Positions 1-11,276 of a DNA stretch of 64,000 nt are shown here, one piece after another. The translations under genes were made by a program, and so were the position numbers. Positions within the stretch are counted from its first letter, which is position 1; every line of letters begins with the position of its first letter. Origin of the DNA: an uncultured Candidatus Saccharibacteria bacterium (GTDB lineage Bacteria; Patescibacteriota; WWE3; UBA101185; UBA10185); contig CAZBAJ010000004.1 in assembly GCA_964490125.1 (NCBI GenBank), positions 7,662-71,661 on the forward strand. Direction: 5' to 3'. Below the pieces are notes generated by a model, which searched no databases, was not told where the DNA came from, and saw only the letters and a list, made by a program, of their open reading frames with translations.

Positions 1-105
1 CCGGGCGCACCATCTTTTTTGTTAGCGTTCAAAAACGGTAAAATTTTGTAATTAGAAATTCTCCCCATCGCGTCAACTTCCGTAGGTTTAACATAATATT
101 ACATA

Positions 106-134
106 TTGCATGGTTTGGTTCGTTGTGCTAACTT
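106..134 (+). promoter_or_regulatory. Putative sigma70-like promoter (TTGCAT-17 bp-TAACTT) ending 6 nt before the ATG at 141
   Basis: Read by eye: -35 TTGCAT at 106-111, 17-bp spacer, -10 TAACTT at 129-134; the leader is very short. Confidence 0.3.
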
Positions 135-140
135 GCTTTT

Positions 141-548
141 ATGAGCAGGAAAGTCGTCCATAACCACCCAGAAAATTTTGAAACCATTGTTTTGGAGAAA
201 TTAATTGAGTTTTCTAGCGACATCAAGAGGATAGATGCAAAGTTAGAAGGGCTAGATGAAAAGGTAGGTGGATTAGATGCAAAAGTAGGAGGTTTGGATG
301 AAAAGGTGGGGGGTCTGGGTTCGGAAATGAGAGCGGTTAAGGTACAAGTAGGTGGCTTGACGGAGCGTTTGGATGAAATAGATGCTAGAGGTAAAAAAAC
401 TTACGACATTATGGTGGAGCTTGTCGGCGATTCTAAAGTTGACCGAGAGGAACGCCTGTTTTTAACCCACAGGGTTAGAGATAACGAGGAAAGGCTGGAG
501 GTGGTTGAGTCCGCTCTGGCAATTAAGCCTGCAGCGAGAGCATTTTAA
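141..548 (+). CDS. Hypothetical small coiled-coil protein, paralog 1 of a tandem triplet (135 aa)
   Basis: ORF track. N-terminal VVHNHPENFE..VLEKL and C-terminal DREERLFLTHRVRDNEERLEVVESALAIKPAARAF motifs are shared with the two following ORFs. The internal repeat GLDEKVGGLDAKVGGLDEKVGGL is heptad-like. Confidence 0.6.
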   Translation: MSRKVVHNHPENFETIVLEKLIEFSSDIKRIDAKLEGLDEKVGGLDAKVGGLDEKVGGLGSEMRAVKVQVGGLTERLDEIDARGKKTYDIMVELVGDSKVDREERLFLTHRVRDNEERLEVVESALAIKPAARAF

Positions 549-550
549 GT

Positions 551-937
551 ATGTCAATAAAATACAAAGACAAAAATTTGACTGATTCACAAGCTCTTAA
601 GCTGTTGTTGGAGAGAGTAGATACCCACGATAAATGTTTTGAAGTTATTGAAAAACGATTTGAGGGCGTTAGTAAAAGACTTACAGGGATTGATGATAAT
701 TTAACCTCGCTAAACGCTAAAGCATATAAATCTGGTTTAGATTTGGACTATATCAAGGAGCAGGTGCAATCCGTCCCTAAAATTTACAACTTGATGGACA
801 AAATAAGTGGTGGATTTAGGGTTGATCGTGATGAGAGGGTTATTTTAAAAGACCGGGTTGATAATCACGAGGAGCGGTTAGTGACCGTTGAAGTAGCCCT
901 ATCTATTAGTCCGCCACAGAGGGGATTATTATTATGA
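551..937 (+). CDS. Hypothetical small coiled-coil protein, paralog 2 (128 aa)
   Basis: ORF track. The C-terminal DRDERVILKDRVDNHEERLVTVEVALSISPP matches the family motif. The ATG lies 2 nt after the stop of paralog 1. Confidence 0.55.
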   Translation: MSIKYKDKNLTDSQALKLLLERVDTHDKCFEVIEKRFEGVSKRLTGIDDNLTSLNAKAYKSGLDLDYIKEQVQSVPKIYNLMDKISGGFRVDRDERVILKDRVDNHEERLVTVEVALSISPPQRGLLL

Positions 938-1308
938 CAAATAAAGTCGTCCATAACCATCTGGAAAATTTTGAAATATTTGTTTTAGAGAAATTGGTAG
1001 AGTATGAGAAGAATTTTAGAGATATACGAAGCACACTTGCTGATCACGACAGGAATTTTAAGGATATACGGAATATACTTGCGGACCACTCCGTGAAGCT
1101 AGTTAAATTGGAGGAAAAATTAGATGTGCTTGACGATAGGACGGCATTTTTACCAAAGTTGTACGACGCAGTAGATGCGTTTATGAAGGAAATTAAAGAA
1201 AGTCGAGAGGACAGGGTTTTATTGGGTACGCGCGTTGGTGAATGTGAAGACAGGTTGGCGGTTGTGGAGGAGATTTGTGCGATTAAGCCTGCTGGGAGGG
1301 CGTTTTAG
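934..1308 (+). CDS. Hypothetical small coiled-coil protein, paralog 3 (124 aa)
   Basis: ORF track. N-terminal VVHNHLENFEIFVLEKL and C-terminal REDRVLLGTRVGECEDRLAVVEEICAIKPAGRAF match paralog 1. Its start overlaps the stop of paralog 2 (ATGA). Confidence 0.6.
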   Translation: MTNKVVHNHLENFEIFVLEKLVEYEKNFRDIRSTLADHDRNFKDIRNILADHSVKLVKLEEKLDVLDDRTAFLPKLYDAVDAFMKEIKESREDRVLLGTRVGECEDRLAVVEEICAIKPAGRAF

Positions 1309-2331
1309 TTATGACGAGTCATGACGGGCGACTTGCCAGATTTTTTCCACCACATCCTCCACGGTTTTAGCTTCCGAAAACGGGATGTTGCAACCCGCCG
1401 CTACCCTATGTCCGCCGCCACCAAACGATTTTGCTATCCTAAGAACATCGTATTCCATGTTGTGTGAGCGTAAGCTAATCCGCCAGTGCTCGGGAAATGA
1501 CAAATCGGTTTCCAGGACAAATACAAAGTCCACATCTTTAAGGTTTTTTATCGTGTCCGCTGATATTGTGCCGTGCTCCTTTATTCCTTTGGCTTCGACA
1601 TCCTCTTTAAGCAATATGGAATAAGCAAATTTCTTATTGTACTCAACCTTAATATTGGAATACAGAATGCCTTTTACCTTCAGCTCGTCTAGACTCTCAT
1701 TAGAAGTTAGAAAGCGAATAAAATCGATATATCGTCCTCCCTTTTCTACAATGTTGGCGATTATTCTTAATTCTTTAGGTGTTACATTGTCAAGCTGGAG
1801 CAAGCCGGTATCCGTTAATAACGAAGCCAGTAAAAAATCCGCCATTGTGGGATCAATTTCGATACCCCAAATATTAAACAGGTCGTACAACAAACTTCCG
1901 GTTGACGCCCTCTGCTCAACAAAATTTAGTGTTCCGTATAAATTGTTACCAAGGTGATGGTCTATATTTAAAGTTGGTTTGTCTGGTGATTTGTAATCCC
2001 CTGCCTTGGTGTGATGTTCCAAAGTCCCGCTGTCCAAAAATACAACCAAGTCGTACGGAGTGTAATCAAAAGTTTTAAGATCGACATTTTCCTGAATTCG
2101 GCTGGTGTCAAAATATTCTTTTGGCTTTGCTGGAATGTTGTAGCCGTAAATACATGAATGCGGGATTTTTAACTGTTTCAAGGCGTCACTAAAGGATAAA
2201 ACCGATCCCAAAGCGTCGTAGTCAAACCGTGAATCCATAATGATCAAGATATTTTTGGACGACTTTAGTGCTTGTAAAATCGTTTGCGGGGAGTCGTTTT
2301 GTTTTTGTTGCGTTTGTAGGCTGTCGATCAT
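1309..2331 (-). CDS. nrnA: DHH-family phosphoesterase, NrnA-like oligoribonuclease/pAp phosphatase
   Basis: The DHH motif NIDHHLGNN and the C-terminal DHHA1-type GGGGH motif are present; length is 340 aa. Confidence 0.7.
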   Translation of the reverse strand: MIDSLQTQQKQNDSPQTILQALKSSKNILIIMDSRFDYDALGSVLSFSDALKQLKIPHSCIYGYNIPAKPKEYFDTSRIQENVDLKTFDYTPYDLVVFLDSGTLEHHTKAGDYKSPDKPTLNIDHHLGNNLYGTLNFVEQRASTGSLLYDLFNIWGIEIDPTMADFLLASLLTDTGLLQLDNVTPKELRIIANIVEKGGRYIDFIRFLTSNESLDELKVKGILYSNIKVEYNKKFAYSILLKEDVEAKGIKEHGTISADTIKNLKDVDFVFVLETDLSFPEHWRISLRSHNMEYDVLRIAKSFGGGGHRVAAGCNIPFSEAKTVEDVVEKIWQVARHDSS

Positions 2332-2340
2332 TTTGATAAA

Positions 2341-5055
2341 TTACTTACCGTTTTCGCTCTCGGACTGACCGTCTTCTTTGTCGTCGTCATTTAAAAAGGC
2401 TATGGAGGATACGGCATCTTTGTCGTCCAGCTTAATAATACGCACGCCTTGAGTTGCGCGACCAAGTGTAGGAATTTTATTAGCGTCAACCCTTATAATA
2501 ATGCCGTTTTGGGTAGAAACCAACATATCATAATTAGGATTTTTCTCTATAAGGCGGACGACGGAAACCTTGCCAACTTTTTCTGTAACCTTGTAGGTAA
2601 GCACTCCGCTACCCGAACGATTTTGTACTTTGTATTCGTCCACAGAAGTTTTTTTGCCATAACCTTTTTCTGTAAGCACCAAAAGGTCGTAATTTTTTAG
2701 ACTTTTGTTTAGGACTTCCATGCCAATGACTTCATCGTTTTGTTTTGCCAGTTTGACGCCGGTGACGCCGGACGCTTGCCTGCCCATTGCTCTAACATCG
2801 GCTTCTTTAAAGCGAATAGATTGACCCTGCGAGGTTACCAGCAGGATTTCATCCGAGCCGGTGGAAAAGTTAACGCGAAGCAGGCTGTCGTCACTACCTA
2901 GATTTAGCGCCATGATACCGTTGGTTCTAATGTTAGAAAATTCCGTTACTGCAGTTTTTTTAACAATTCCTTTAGTGGTGGCAAAAACAATATAGCCGGT
3001 GCCTGCGTTTAAAGTTTCTTCGTCCACGGTTAAAAAGGCTTCTACTGTTTCATCTTGCGCCACCGACAAAAAGTTAGCCAGTGAAGTTCCCCTGGCGGTC
3101 CGTTGGACTTCTGGAATTTCCCAAACGCGCATTTTGTAAACCTTGCCCTTGCTGGTGAACAATAATGCGTAGTCGTGAGTATTACAGGTGCGGATTGTAG
3201 TTACGACATCATCTTCTTTTAACGATTGACCGGAAACTCCGCGCCCTCCCCTACCCTGCTTGCGGTAAGTATCTTTTTTCATGCGTTTAATGTAGCCACT
3301 TTGGGAAATAGTGACGATGCAAAGTTCTTCTGGCACAAGGTCTTCCTCGTTTAATTCTCCTACGTCACCTTTTACGATTTTGGTTTTTCTGGGATCTTGG
3401 TACTTTTCTGCAAGTCCCGCGAGTTCTTCTCTAACCTTGGCTAAAATCTTTTCCGGTGAGTATAAAAGTTGCTCGTAATTTTTAATTGTTTTAATAATTT
3501 CCTCAAGTTCGTCTTCTATCTTTTTGCGCTCGAGCGCCGCAAGTTTGCGGAGCTGCATGTCCAAGATTGCCTGGGCCTGAAGTTCCGAAAGTCCAAATTT
3601 TTCCATTAAGCCTGTCTTGGCTGTTTCCGCGTCTTTGCTGGCTCTAATAAGTTTAATGACTTCGTCCAAATGATCAAGGGCAATTTTTAACCCGAGTAAA
3701 ATATGTTCCCGTTCCTTAGCCTTTTTGAGTAAATAAAGTGTTCTACGCACCACAATTTTTTGTCTATGAATAATAAATTCCTCCAAAATCTGTTTTAAGG
3801 TCATAAGCTTGGGTTCGTTATCTAACAGAGCTACCATATTGGCATTAAAAGTGGACTGTAAAGCGGTGTATTTAAAAAGCTGGTTTAGGACTTTTTGGGG
3901 AATCGCGTCGCGCTTAAGTTCTATTACAATTCGCATGCCTTCGCGGTTAGATTCGTCGCGCAGGTCGTAAATGCCTACTATTTTTTTGTCGCGCACCAAG
4001 TCCGCAATTTTTTCTACCAGCGTAGCTTTGTTGATTTGATAAGGAATTTCTGTGACGATAATTTTTGTTTTGCCTGCTTTATCCTCCTCAATTTCTGTTT
4101 TTGCCCTAGTGACTACCCTACCCCGTCCTGTTGCGTACATTTGGACCATTTCTTTGTGACCGTAAATAATGCCACCGGTGGGAAAATCGGGACCTTTAAT
4201 AATTTTGACTAGGTCTTCTGTCGTGGCGCTACTAGAAAAAGCCGTGTCAGCAACTTTAGTTTCTTTATTTTCCTTGCCGATTTCGTCCGGATTGTCAACC
4301 ATGTACAAAAGTCCCGCAATTACCTCACCTATATTGTGAGGTGGAATATTTGTTGCCATACCAACCGCAATGCCAGAGGAGCCATTTAATAAAATGTTTG
4401 GTAAGAGCGACGGCAGAATGACAGGTTCGTAATTTTGAAGGTCGTTAAGGGCAAAGTCAACGGTATTTTTGTCTATATCGGTATAAAGTTGCTCCGAAAT
4501 TGCAGAAAGTTTACACTCCGTATACCTCTGCGCGGCGGGCGGATCGCCGTCAATGGAACCAAAATTTCCTTGGGGAGAAATTAGCGGGTAACGCAAAGAA
4601 AAATCCTGACCCATGCGGACTAAAGAGTCGTACACCGCAATATCTCCGTGCGGATGATACTTTTTAAGCACTTCCCCCACAACGGCGGCGCATTTATAAA
4701 ACTTGCTAGAGTGGGTAATGCCCGTGTCGTACATGGCATAAATAATGCGCCTATGCACTGGTTTTAGACCGTCGCGGACATCAGGCAGGGCGCGGGAAAC
4801 AATAACGCTCATGGCGTAGTCCAGGTACGACTTTTGCATTTCTTGCGTAATTTCTGCCTTGACTATGCCTCTGGGAAGTTCCGGTTCGGTTTGTACGACA
4901 TCGGTTTCTGTCTGATTTACGCTTGGCTGTCCTGCTGATCCGCTGACGCCCTCATCCCCGGCTTCGGCCAGTTGTTCTGCTGTTTCAACGCGTTTAGCTT
5001 TTTCTCCACTTTTCTCTTCAGTCGAACCAACTTTTTTAGTGTCTTTTGTCGCCAT
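2341..5055 (-). CDS. gyrA: DNA gyrase subunit A
   Basis: Contains [28 protein letters not shown] and the [16 protein letters not shown] / catalytic Tyr region. The C-terminal beta-pinwheel repeats are present. A ~65-aa acidic N-terminal extension precedes the conserved start. Confidence 0.9.
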   Translation of the reverse strand: MATKDTKKVGSTEEKSGEKAKRVETAEQLAEAGDEGVSGSAGQPSVNQTETDVVQTEPELPRGIVKAEITQEMQKSYLDYAMSVIVSRALPDVRDGLKPVHRRIIYAMYDTGITHSSKFYKCAAVVGEVLKKYHPHGDIAVYDSLVRMGQDFSLRYPLISPQGNFGSIDGDPPAAQRYTECKLSAISEQLYTDIDKNTVDFALNDLQNYEPVILPSLLPNILLNGSSGIAVGMATNIPPHNIGEVIAGLLYMVDNPDEIGKENKETKVADTAFSSSATTEDLVKIIKGPDFPTGGIIYGHKEMVQMYATGRGRVVTRAKTEIEEDKAGKTKIIVTEIPYQINKATLVEKIADLVRDKKIVGIYDLRDESNREGMRIVIELKRDAIPQKVLNQLFKYTALQSTFNANMVALLDNEPKLMTLKQILEEFIIHRQKIVVRRTLYLLKKAKEREHILLGLKIALDHLDEVIKLIRASKDAETAKTGLMEKFGLSELQAQAILDMQLRKLAALERKKIEDELEEIIKTIKNYEQLLYSPEKILAKVREELAGLAEKYQDPRKTKIVKGDVGELNEEDLVPEELCIVTISQSGYIKRMKKDTYRKQGRGGRGVSGQSLKEDDVVTTIRTCNTHDYALLFTSKGKVYKMRVWEIPEVQRTARGTSLANFLSVAQDETVEAFLTVDEETLNAGTGYIVFATTKGIVKKTAVTEFSNIRTNGIMALNLGSDDSLLRVNFSTGSDEILLVTSQGQSIRFKEADVRAMGRQASGVTGVKLAKQNDEVIGMEVLNKSLKNYDLLVLTEKGYGKKTSVDEYKVQNRSGSGVLTYKVTEKVGKVSVVRLIEKNPNYDMLVSTQNGIIIRVDANKIPTLGRATQGVRIIKLDDKDAVSSIAFLNDDDKEDGQSESENGK

Positions 5056-5076
5056 AACCTAGCTATCTTATCAGCT

Positions 5077-7104
5077 TTACATGCTTGCGACAAGTACAGG
5101 AGCTATCAAAAGCGCCACAATTTGGACGATCTTCATCATGGGATTAAGCGCAGGACCTGCGGTGTCTTTTAACGGGTCGCCCACGGTGTCGCCAACCACG
5201 GCAGCTTTGTGAGTCTCGCTACCCTTACCTCCAAAGTTACCGTCCTCTACATATTTTTTAGCGTTATCCCAAGCTCCACCTGTGTTGCACATAAAAAATG
5301 CCATCAAAAGTCCGACAACAACAGAACCTGCCAAGAACCCACCCAATGCCTCTACGCCTAAAAATCCAACAACTACGGGTGATAACACTACAATGGCCGC
5401 CGGAATAACCAATTCTTTTTGGGCGGCCAAGGTCACGATTTCTACTGCTTTAGAGTAATCCGGCAAGGCTTTTCCTTCCATAATGCCAGGAATTTCCTTA
5501 AATTGTCGTCTGACTTCTTCTACTACCGCAAAGGCTGCCCGTCCAACTGAACCAATAAGTCGCGAGCTAAATAAAAACGGCAGCGACCCGCCTAAAAGCA
5601 CGCCAACAAAAACTATCGGTTGGGCAATATCTATGGCAGATAAACCTGTGACTTCAAAATAGGTGGCGAATAGAGAGCTGGCTGCAACAGCTGCCGAACC
5701 TACTGCAAAACCCTTGGTTAAAGCTTTGGTAGTGTTACCAACCGCATCTAAACTGCCCGTAACTTTGGCGGCTTTGTCGGAAAGTCCGCACATTTCCACA
5801 AGACCTTGGGCGTTATCGGAAATAGGTCCAAAAGTATCTAACGCCATAATAATTCCCGTGGTAGCAAGCATGCCCATGCCCGCCAGTGAAATACCGTAAA
5901 AGCCTAATAAGGCGTAGCCGGCGTAAATGGTAGCGCAGACGACCAAAACGGAATAAAAAGTTGATTCCATGCCGTAACCAAGACCGGAAATAATATTTGT
6001 ACCTGCCCCGGTTTGGGACGATTTAGAAATACCTACAACAGGTTTTTCTCCAGGTCCGGTGTAGTACTTGGTAATAAATAAAAGCGCAATCATGGCGACA
6101 ATACCGCTAACGGCGGCAAGTCCGGCTTTAGGTTCGCCAAGCAAGTAAATTCCAAGTAACATGAAAATGACTACGGCAGAAACTGCCGACACGCCAAAAC
6201 CTCTAATTAAGGGATTAAGCGGATTTTCGTCTTCACTTTTGGCCTTAACAAAGAATGTACCTAAAATAGAAGTAAGTACCGCGCCGGATCTTGCCAAGAG
6301 CGGGAAAACCACGCCTTTAAGACCAAACATCTGTCCCCCTAAAATCATGGCTGCAACAATAGTAAGCGCGTACGACTCAAAAACATCAGCAGCCATACCG
6401 GCGCAGTCGCCTACATTGTCGCCCACATTATCCGCAATGGTAGCGGGATTTCTCTTGTCGTCCTCCGGGATACCTGCCTCTACTTTACCAACTAAATCCG
6501 CGCCAACATCCGCAGCTTTGGTAAAAATTCCCCCGCCGACTCTCATAAACAGGGCTAAAAGAGCGGCCCCAAATCCGTAACCTACCAAAACGGTGGTGGC
6601 ATAGTGGGCAACTGCCTCCGGTCCCTGTGAGATATAAGTAAAGTAAGAGTACATGTAAATTACCGACACGCCCAAAAGTCCTAGTCCAACAACTAACATG
6701 CCGTTTACCGTACCTGCGCCAAAAGCGGTTTTTAGTGCTGGATTTAGACCCTTTAGCGCGTTTTCCGCTGTTCTAACATTTGCCTTTACTGCAATCCACA
6801 TACCAAAGTAACCTATAACGCCACTAAAAATGGCTCCCATTAAAAAGGTTACGGCGGTGCCCAAGCTTAAAGCAAGAGCAATAACCGTAGCAAGAATAAC
6901 CATTATGGGAATAACAATAGAGAACTGTTTTCTTAAATATGCCATTGCACCATCACTTATGGCTTTGCCCACGCTGGCAAGTTCCGCGTTTTCTACTTTT
7001 TGGGCGGTAATTTTTTTAGAAAGAAAGAATCCGTAGGCTAGGGCTATTAAAGCCGTAATTGGAGCCCCGTACAACGCTATTAATTGAATGTCTATTGTTC
7101 CCAT
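5077..7104 (-). CDS. hppA: Membrane-bound H+-translocating pyrophosphatase, K+-independent type
   Basis: Contains GDNVGDCAGMAADVFESY and GDTVGDPLKDTAGPALN motifs and many TM segments. The GNTTKA motif (Lys) is the K+-independent signature. Confidence 0.85.
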   Translation of the reverse strand: MGTIDIQLIALYGAPITALIALAYGFFLSKKITAQKVENAELASVGKAISDGAMAYLRKQFSIVIPIMVILATVIALALSLGTAVTFLMGAIFSGVIGYFGMWIAVKANVRTAENALKGLNPALKTAFGAGTVNGMLVVGLGLLGVSVIYMYSYFTYISQGPEAVAHYATTVLVGYGFGAALLALFMRVGGGIFTKAADVGADLVGKVEAGIPEDDKRNPATIADNVGDNVGDCAGMAADVFESYALTIVAAMILGGQMFGLKGVVFPLLARSGAVLTSILGTFFVKAKSEDENPLNPLIRGFGVSAVSAVVIFMLLGIYLLGEPKAGLAAVSGIVAMIALLFITKYYTGPGEKPVVGISKSSQTGAGTNIISGLGYGMESTFYSVLVVCATIYAGYALLGFYGISLAGMGMLATTGIIMALDTFGPISDNAQGLVEMCGLSDKAAKVTGSLDAVGNTTKALTKGFAVGSAAVAASSLFATYFEVTGLSAIDIAQPIVFVGVLLGGSLPFLFSSRLIGSVGRAAFAVVEEVRRQFKEIPGIMEGKALPDYSKAVEIVTLAAQKELVIPAAIVVLSPVVVGFLGVEALGGFLAGSVVVGLLMAFFMCNTGGAWDNAKKYVEDGNFGGKGSETHKAAVVGDTVGDPLKDTAGPALNPMMKIVQIVALLIAPVLVASM

Positions 7105-7168
7105 TTTCCTCCTTTGGTAAATTGGTCAAATTAGTATGTGGGTAAAATAGCAGGTTTTTGAGATTAAA

Positions 7169-7438
7169 TCAAGACTTGGCAGGTTGGGCTGATTTTTTAA
7201 GTTTTTGCATATGGGCGACCTTCTTTTTGGCAAGTTCTAACTTTTGGAATTCCCAAAGGATTCTGGCTATCTGCGCATCCACAAATTGGATTTTTCGTTC
7301 GACATTAATATAGGCGGAGTTCTCCCGTAGATCGTTGTTTTCTTGGGCATACGCCCCAAGTTCAGAAATCAGGTCGTCCCGCTTACTTCTCAAAGTCGAC
7401 AATTCGTTCCTTAGTTCCTCTTGTTGTTCTGGCGTCAT
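7169..7438 (-). CDS. GreA/GreB N-terminal coiled-coil domain-only protein (89 aa from MTPEQQ)
   Basis: MTPEQQEELRNEL...NDLRENSAYINVERK aligns with the GreA N-terminal coiled coil (GDLKENAEYHAAREQQ). There is no C-terminal FKBP-like domain: the ORF stops 65 nt before hppA. The start was chosen at the internal Met; the ORF track extends to 7510. Confidence 0.55.
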   Translation of the reverse strand: MTPEQQEELRNELSTLRSKRDDLISELGAYAQENNDLRENSAYINVERKIQFVDAQIARILWEFQKLELAKKKVAHMQKLKKSAQPAKS

Positions 7439-7571
7439 GGGGAGTTTGTACCAATAAATTTGACATTGCGTCAAGATGGGGGTACATTTGTATCGTTGGA
7501 GGTTGAGCAATCAGCCTTAGGAAATTCCCACAAATTCTTACTAAGTCGGACACCGGGTAATGTTTATCAAA

Positions 7572-7751
7572 CTAGATTTTTCTATCTTTGGAATTTTCTT
7601 TTCTTAACATTGTCATTGCCTTTGCCACATCATGATCAAGTTCTTTGGAAGGTACGCCACGGTTGTGTTTCCGAGTTTCGCTTAAAATTACAAATAGTAA
7701 CTCCTTTGACGAGTTTTTCCGTCCCTTTATATTATAGGTGATCCTTTTCAT
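7572..7751 (-). CDS. Possible small Lys/Arg-rich ORF (59 aa, just under the ORF-track cutoff)
   Basis: Hand-translated as MKRITYNIKGRKNSSKELLFVILSETRKHNRGVPSKELDHDVAKAMTMLRKENSKDRKI from the 300-nt gap between the GreA-N gene and the upstream hypothetical. No clear SD sequence. Confidence 0.15.
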   Translation of the reverse strand: MKRITYNIKGRKNSSKELLFVILSETRKHNRGVPSKELDHDVAKAMTMLRKENSKDRKI

Positions 7752-7808
7752 GCTGTCGATTGTAGTAAACGCTTTAAGTGTTCACTATAGATTAGGTCAA
7801 ACCAAATC

Positions 7809-8315
7809 TTAATTTTCCGAAGAGACATCCCATTCGTCTGGTATGGGTGGGAATATAAACTCAGAACCGTCGTGTTCCGGAATATGTCCATCCCAGGGGT
7901 CGAATTTTAGTACTGTCATTTTTATTTCTTTCGGACCGGTTTCTACTGTTAAGCACCAGTCGGGGAATTCTTGATGTTTGTCGCCTTTTCTTATTACTGA
8001 AGTTAGAGAAGTTCCATCCTCTTTTTTTATGAGGTGTGCTGAAAAATAAACACCGGACTCTTCAACAACAAATCCACTAGTTTCATCGGCGTAAGAGTGA
8101 AATTCCCAAGCTGTTTGTCCCGCCAACTCTTGCAACATGTCGGTTAGATCTCTAAGTGATGCTTCTTTTCTAGCACCTTCCACCTTATTGGTTACAGGGG
8201 ATTCACCATCAATGAGCTGTTCGAAAGTATATTCAAGTGGAATGAAGACCCCAATTCTTGCATCTACTTCCTCACCGCTCCGCGCCTCTAAATAATTAGG
8301 AAAACTTGGTGTCAT
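7809..8315 (-). CDS. Hypothetical protein (168 aa, acidic, no TM)
   Basis: ORF track. No recognisable motif. Lies between gyrB and the GreA-N gene on the same strand. Confidence 0.5.
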   Translation of the reverse strand: MTPSFPNYLEARSGEEVDARIGVFIPLEYTFEQLIDGESPVTNKVEGARKEASLRDLTDMLQELAGQTAWEFHSYADETSGFVVEESGVYFSAHLIKKEDGTSLTSVIRKGDKHQEFPDWCLTVETGPKEIKMTVLKFDPWDGHIPEHDGSEFIFPPIPDEWDVSSEN

Positions 8316-8366
8316 TTTCGGTCCTTTCTTAACTGATTACTGATAATATTTAGTATGCTTTGGAAG

Positions 8367-10358
<1,992 letters not shown>

Positions 10359-10452
10359 TTAAGAAATAACAAGCTATTCTATAACATCATCGTGGATTTA
10401 TATAGTCTCCTATTTTCTACATGCGTCATACCCATAGTGATATTATTATATC

Positions 10453-11250
10453 ATGCTTGGTTCGGTTTTAATTTTAGGGGGCGACAAAAAAGAGCGACTT
10501 AAAAAGGCGTGGGAATTGTTGGCGGAACATGGGTTCAAAGGCGACAATAAAGACACGGTCGATCCGGATTTGCTGATTATTCAACGGGAAGAAGGTAAAA
10601 AATCCGTAGGAATTACCCAAGCGCGGGAGGTTAAGGACTTTTTACGGGAGCGACCTTTGCGCAGGAAGGCCAAAGCCATCTTGGTGGAAGATGCCCAGGC
10701 TTTTACAGACGATGCCCAAGGGAGTCTCCTTAAAATTTTGGAAGAACCGCCTGTTTTTGGCTTAATTATTCTGCTTGCCGACAAAGAAGGCGCGCTTTTG
10801 CCTACAGTGGTTTCCAGGTGTCAAAGGATTGTTGTTTCACAGGGAAGGTTCGATTTGGAAAATCGGAAAAGTACCAGAAAGGGTACCAAGGGAACGGCTG
10901 AAGAAGACGGTCAAGGCGATGTTAAAAGCGACAGCGAGATTGACGACGCAGATAAAAGCGATCAAAAGGATCTGAATAAAGGACGAACGGCATCTATCAG
11001 CCCGACAAAGTCGCGCTTTAATCTGTCGTCCTACAGTTACGAAGAACTTTTTGACTTAGCTAAAGACTTATCCGCAAAAGGCAAGGAGGAGGCACTTAAC
11101 TTTTTGGAGCAGGTTTTGCGGGAGGATATTAAAAATAACGCGCCCCTACCCGTCGTCCAGAAAATGGAGAAAGCGTTAAAAGACCTAAAAGAGGCTAATG
11201 TTGCACTAAAGTATGCCTTGGAACACCTTTTTTTACTGCATTGCAAATGA
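10453..11250 (+). CDS. holB: DNA polymerase III delta-prime (HolB)-like clamp-loader subunit, degenerate
   Basis: Contains LLKILEEPP and TVVSRCQ sensor motifs. The N-terminal P-loop is degenerate (LILGGDKKERL). An acidic low-complexity insertion is present (KSDSEIDDADKSDQKD). Confidence 0.55.
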   Translation: MLGSVLILGGDKKERLKKAWELLAEHGFKGDNKDTVDPDLLIIQREEGKKSVGITQAREVKDFLRERPLRRKAKAILVEDAQAFTDDAQGSLLKILEEPPVFGLIILLADKEGALLPTVVSRCQRIVVSQGRFDLENRKSTRKGTKGTAEEDGQGDVKSDSEIDDADKSDQKDLNKGRTASISPTKSRFNLSSYSYEELFDLAKDLSAKGKEEALNFLEQVLREDIKNNAPLPVVQKMEKALKDLKEANVALKYALEHLFLLHCK

Positions 11251-11276
11251 ATTGCATTTGCAATCTAAGTGCAATA
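11238..11276. promoter_or_regulatory. Cluster of TGCAAT/ATTGCA inverted and direct repeats between holB and pilB
   Basis: In ctgcATTGCAaatgaATTGCAttTGCAATctaagTGCAATacgca the unit ATTGCA-tt-TGCAAT is a perfect palindrome, and the half-site is repeated 4 times. Confidence 0.35.

Noticed and set aside
2449-4212. ORFs 2449..2700 (+) and 3895..4212 (+) inside gyrA
   Set aside because: They are antisense to a confidently identified gene. Their low-complexity, Phe/Cys-rich translations are typical of shadow ORFs.
5663-7036. ORFs 5663..5899, 6161..6580 and 6830..7036 (+) inside hppA
   Set aside because: They are antisense shadow ORFs within a conserved membrane pyrophosphatase gene. Their Ala/Pro-rich translations are an artefact of GC-rich codons on the opposite strand.
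7421-7741. ORF 7421..7741 (+)
   Set aside because: It overlaps the GreA-N start region on the opposite strand and has no motif or RBS. It is more likely non-coding.
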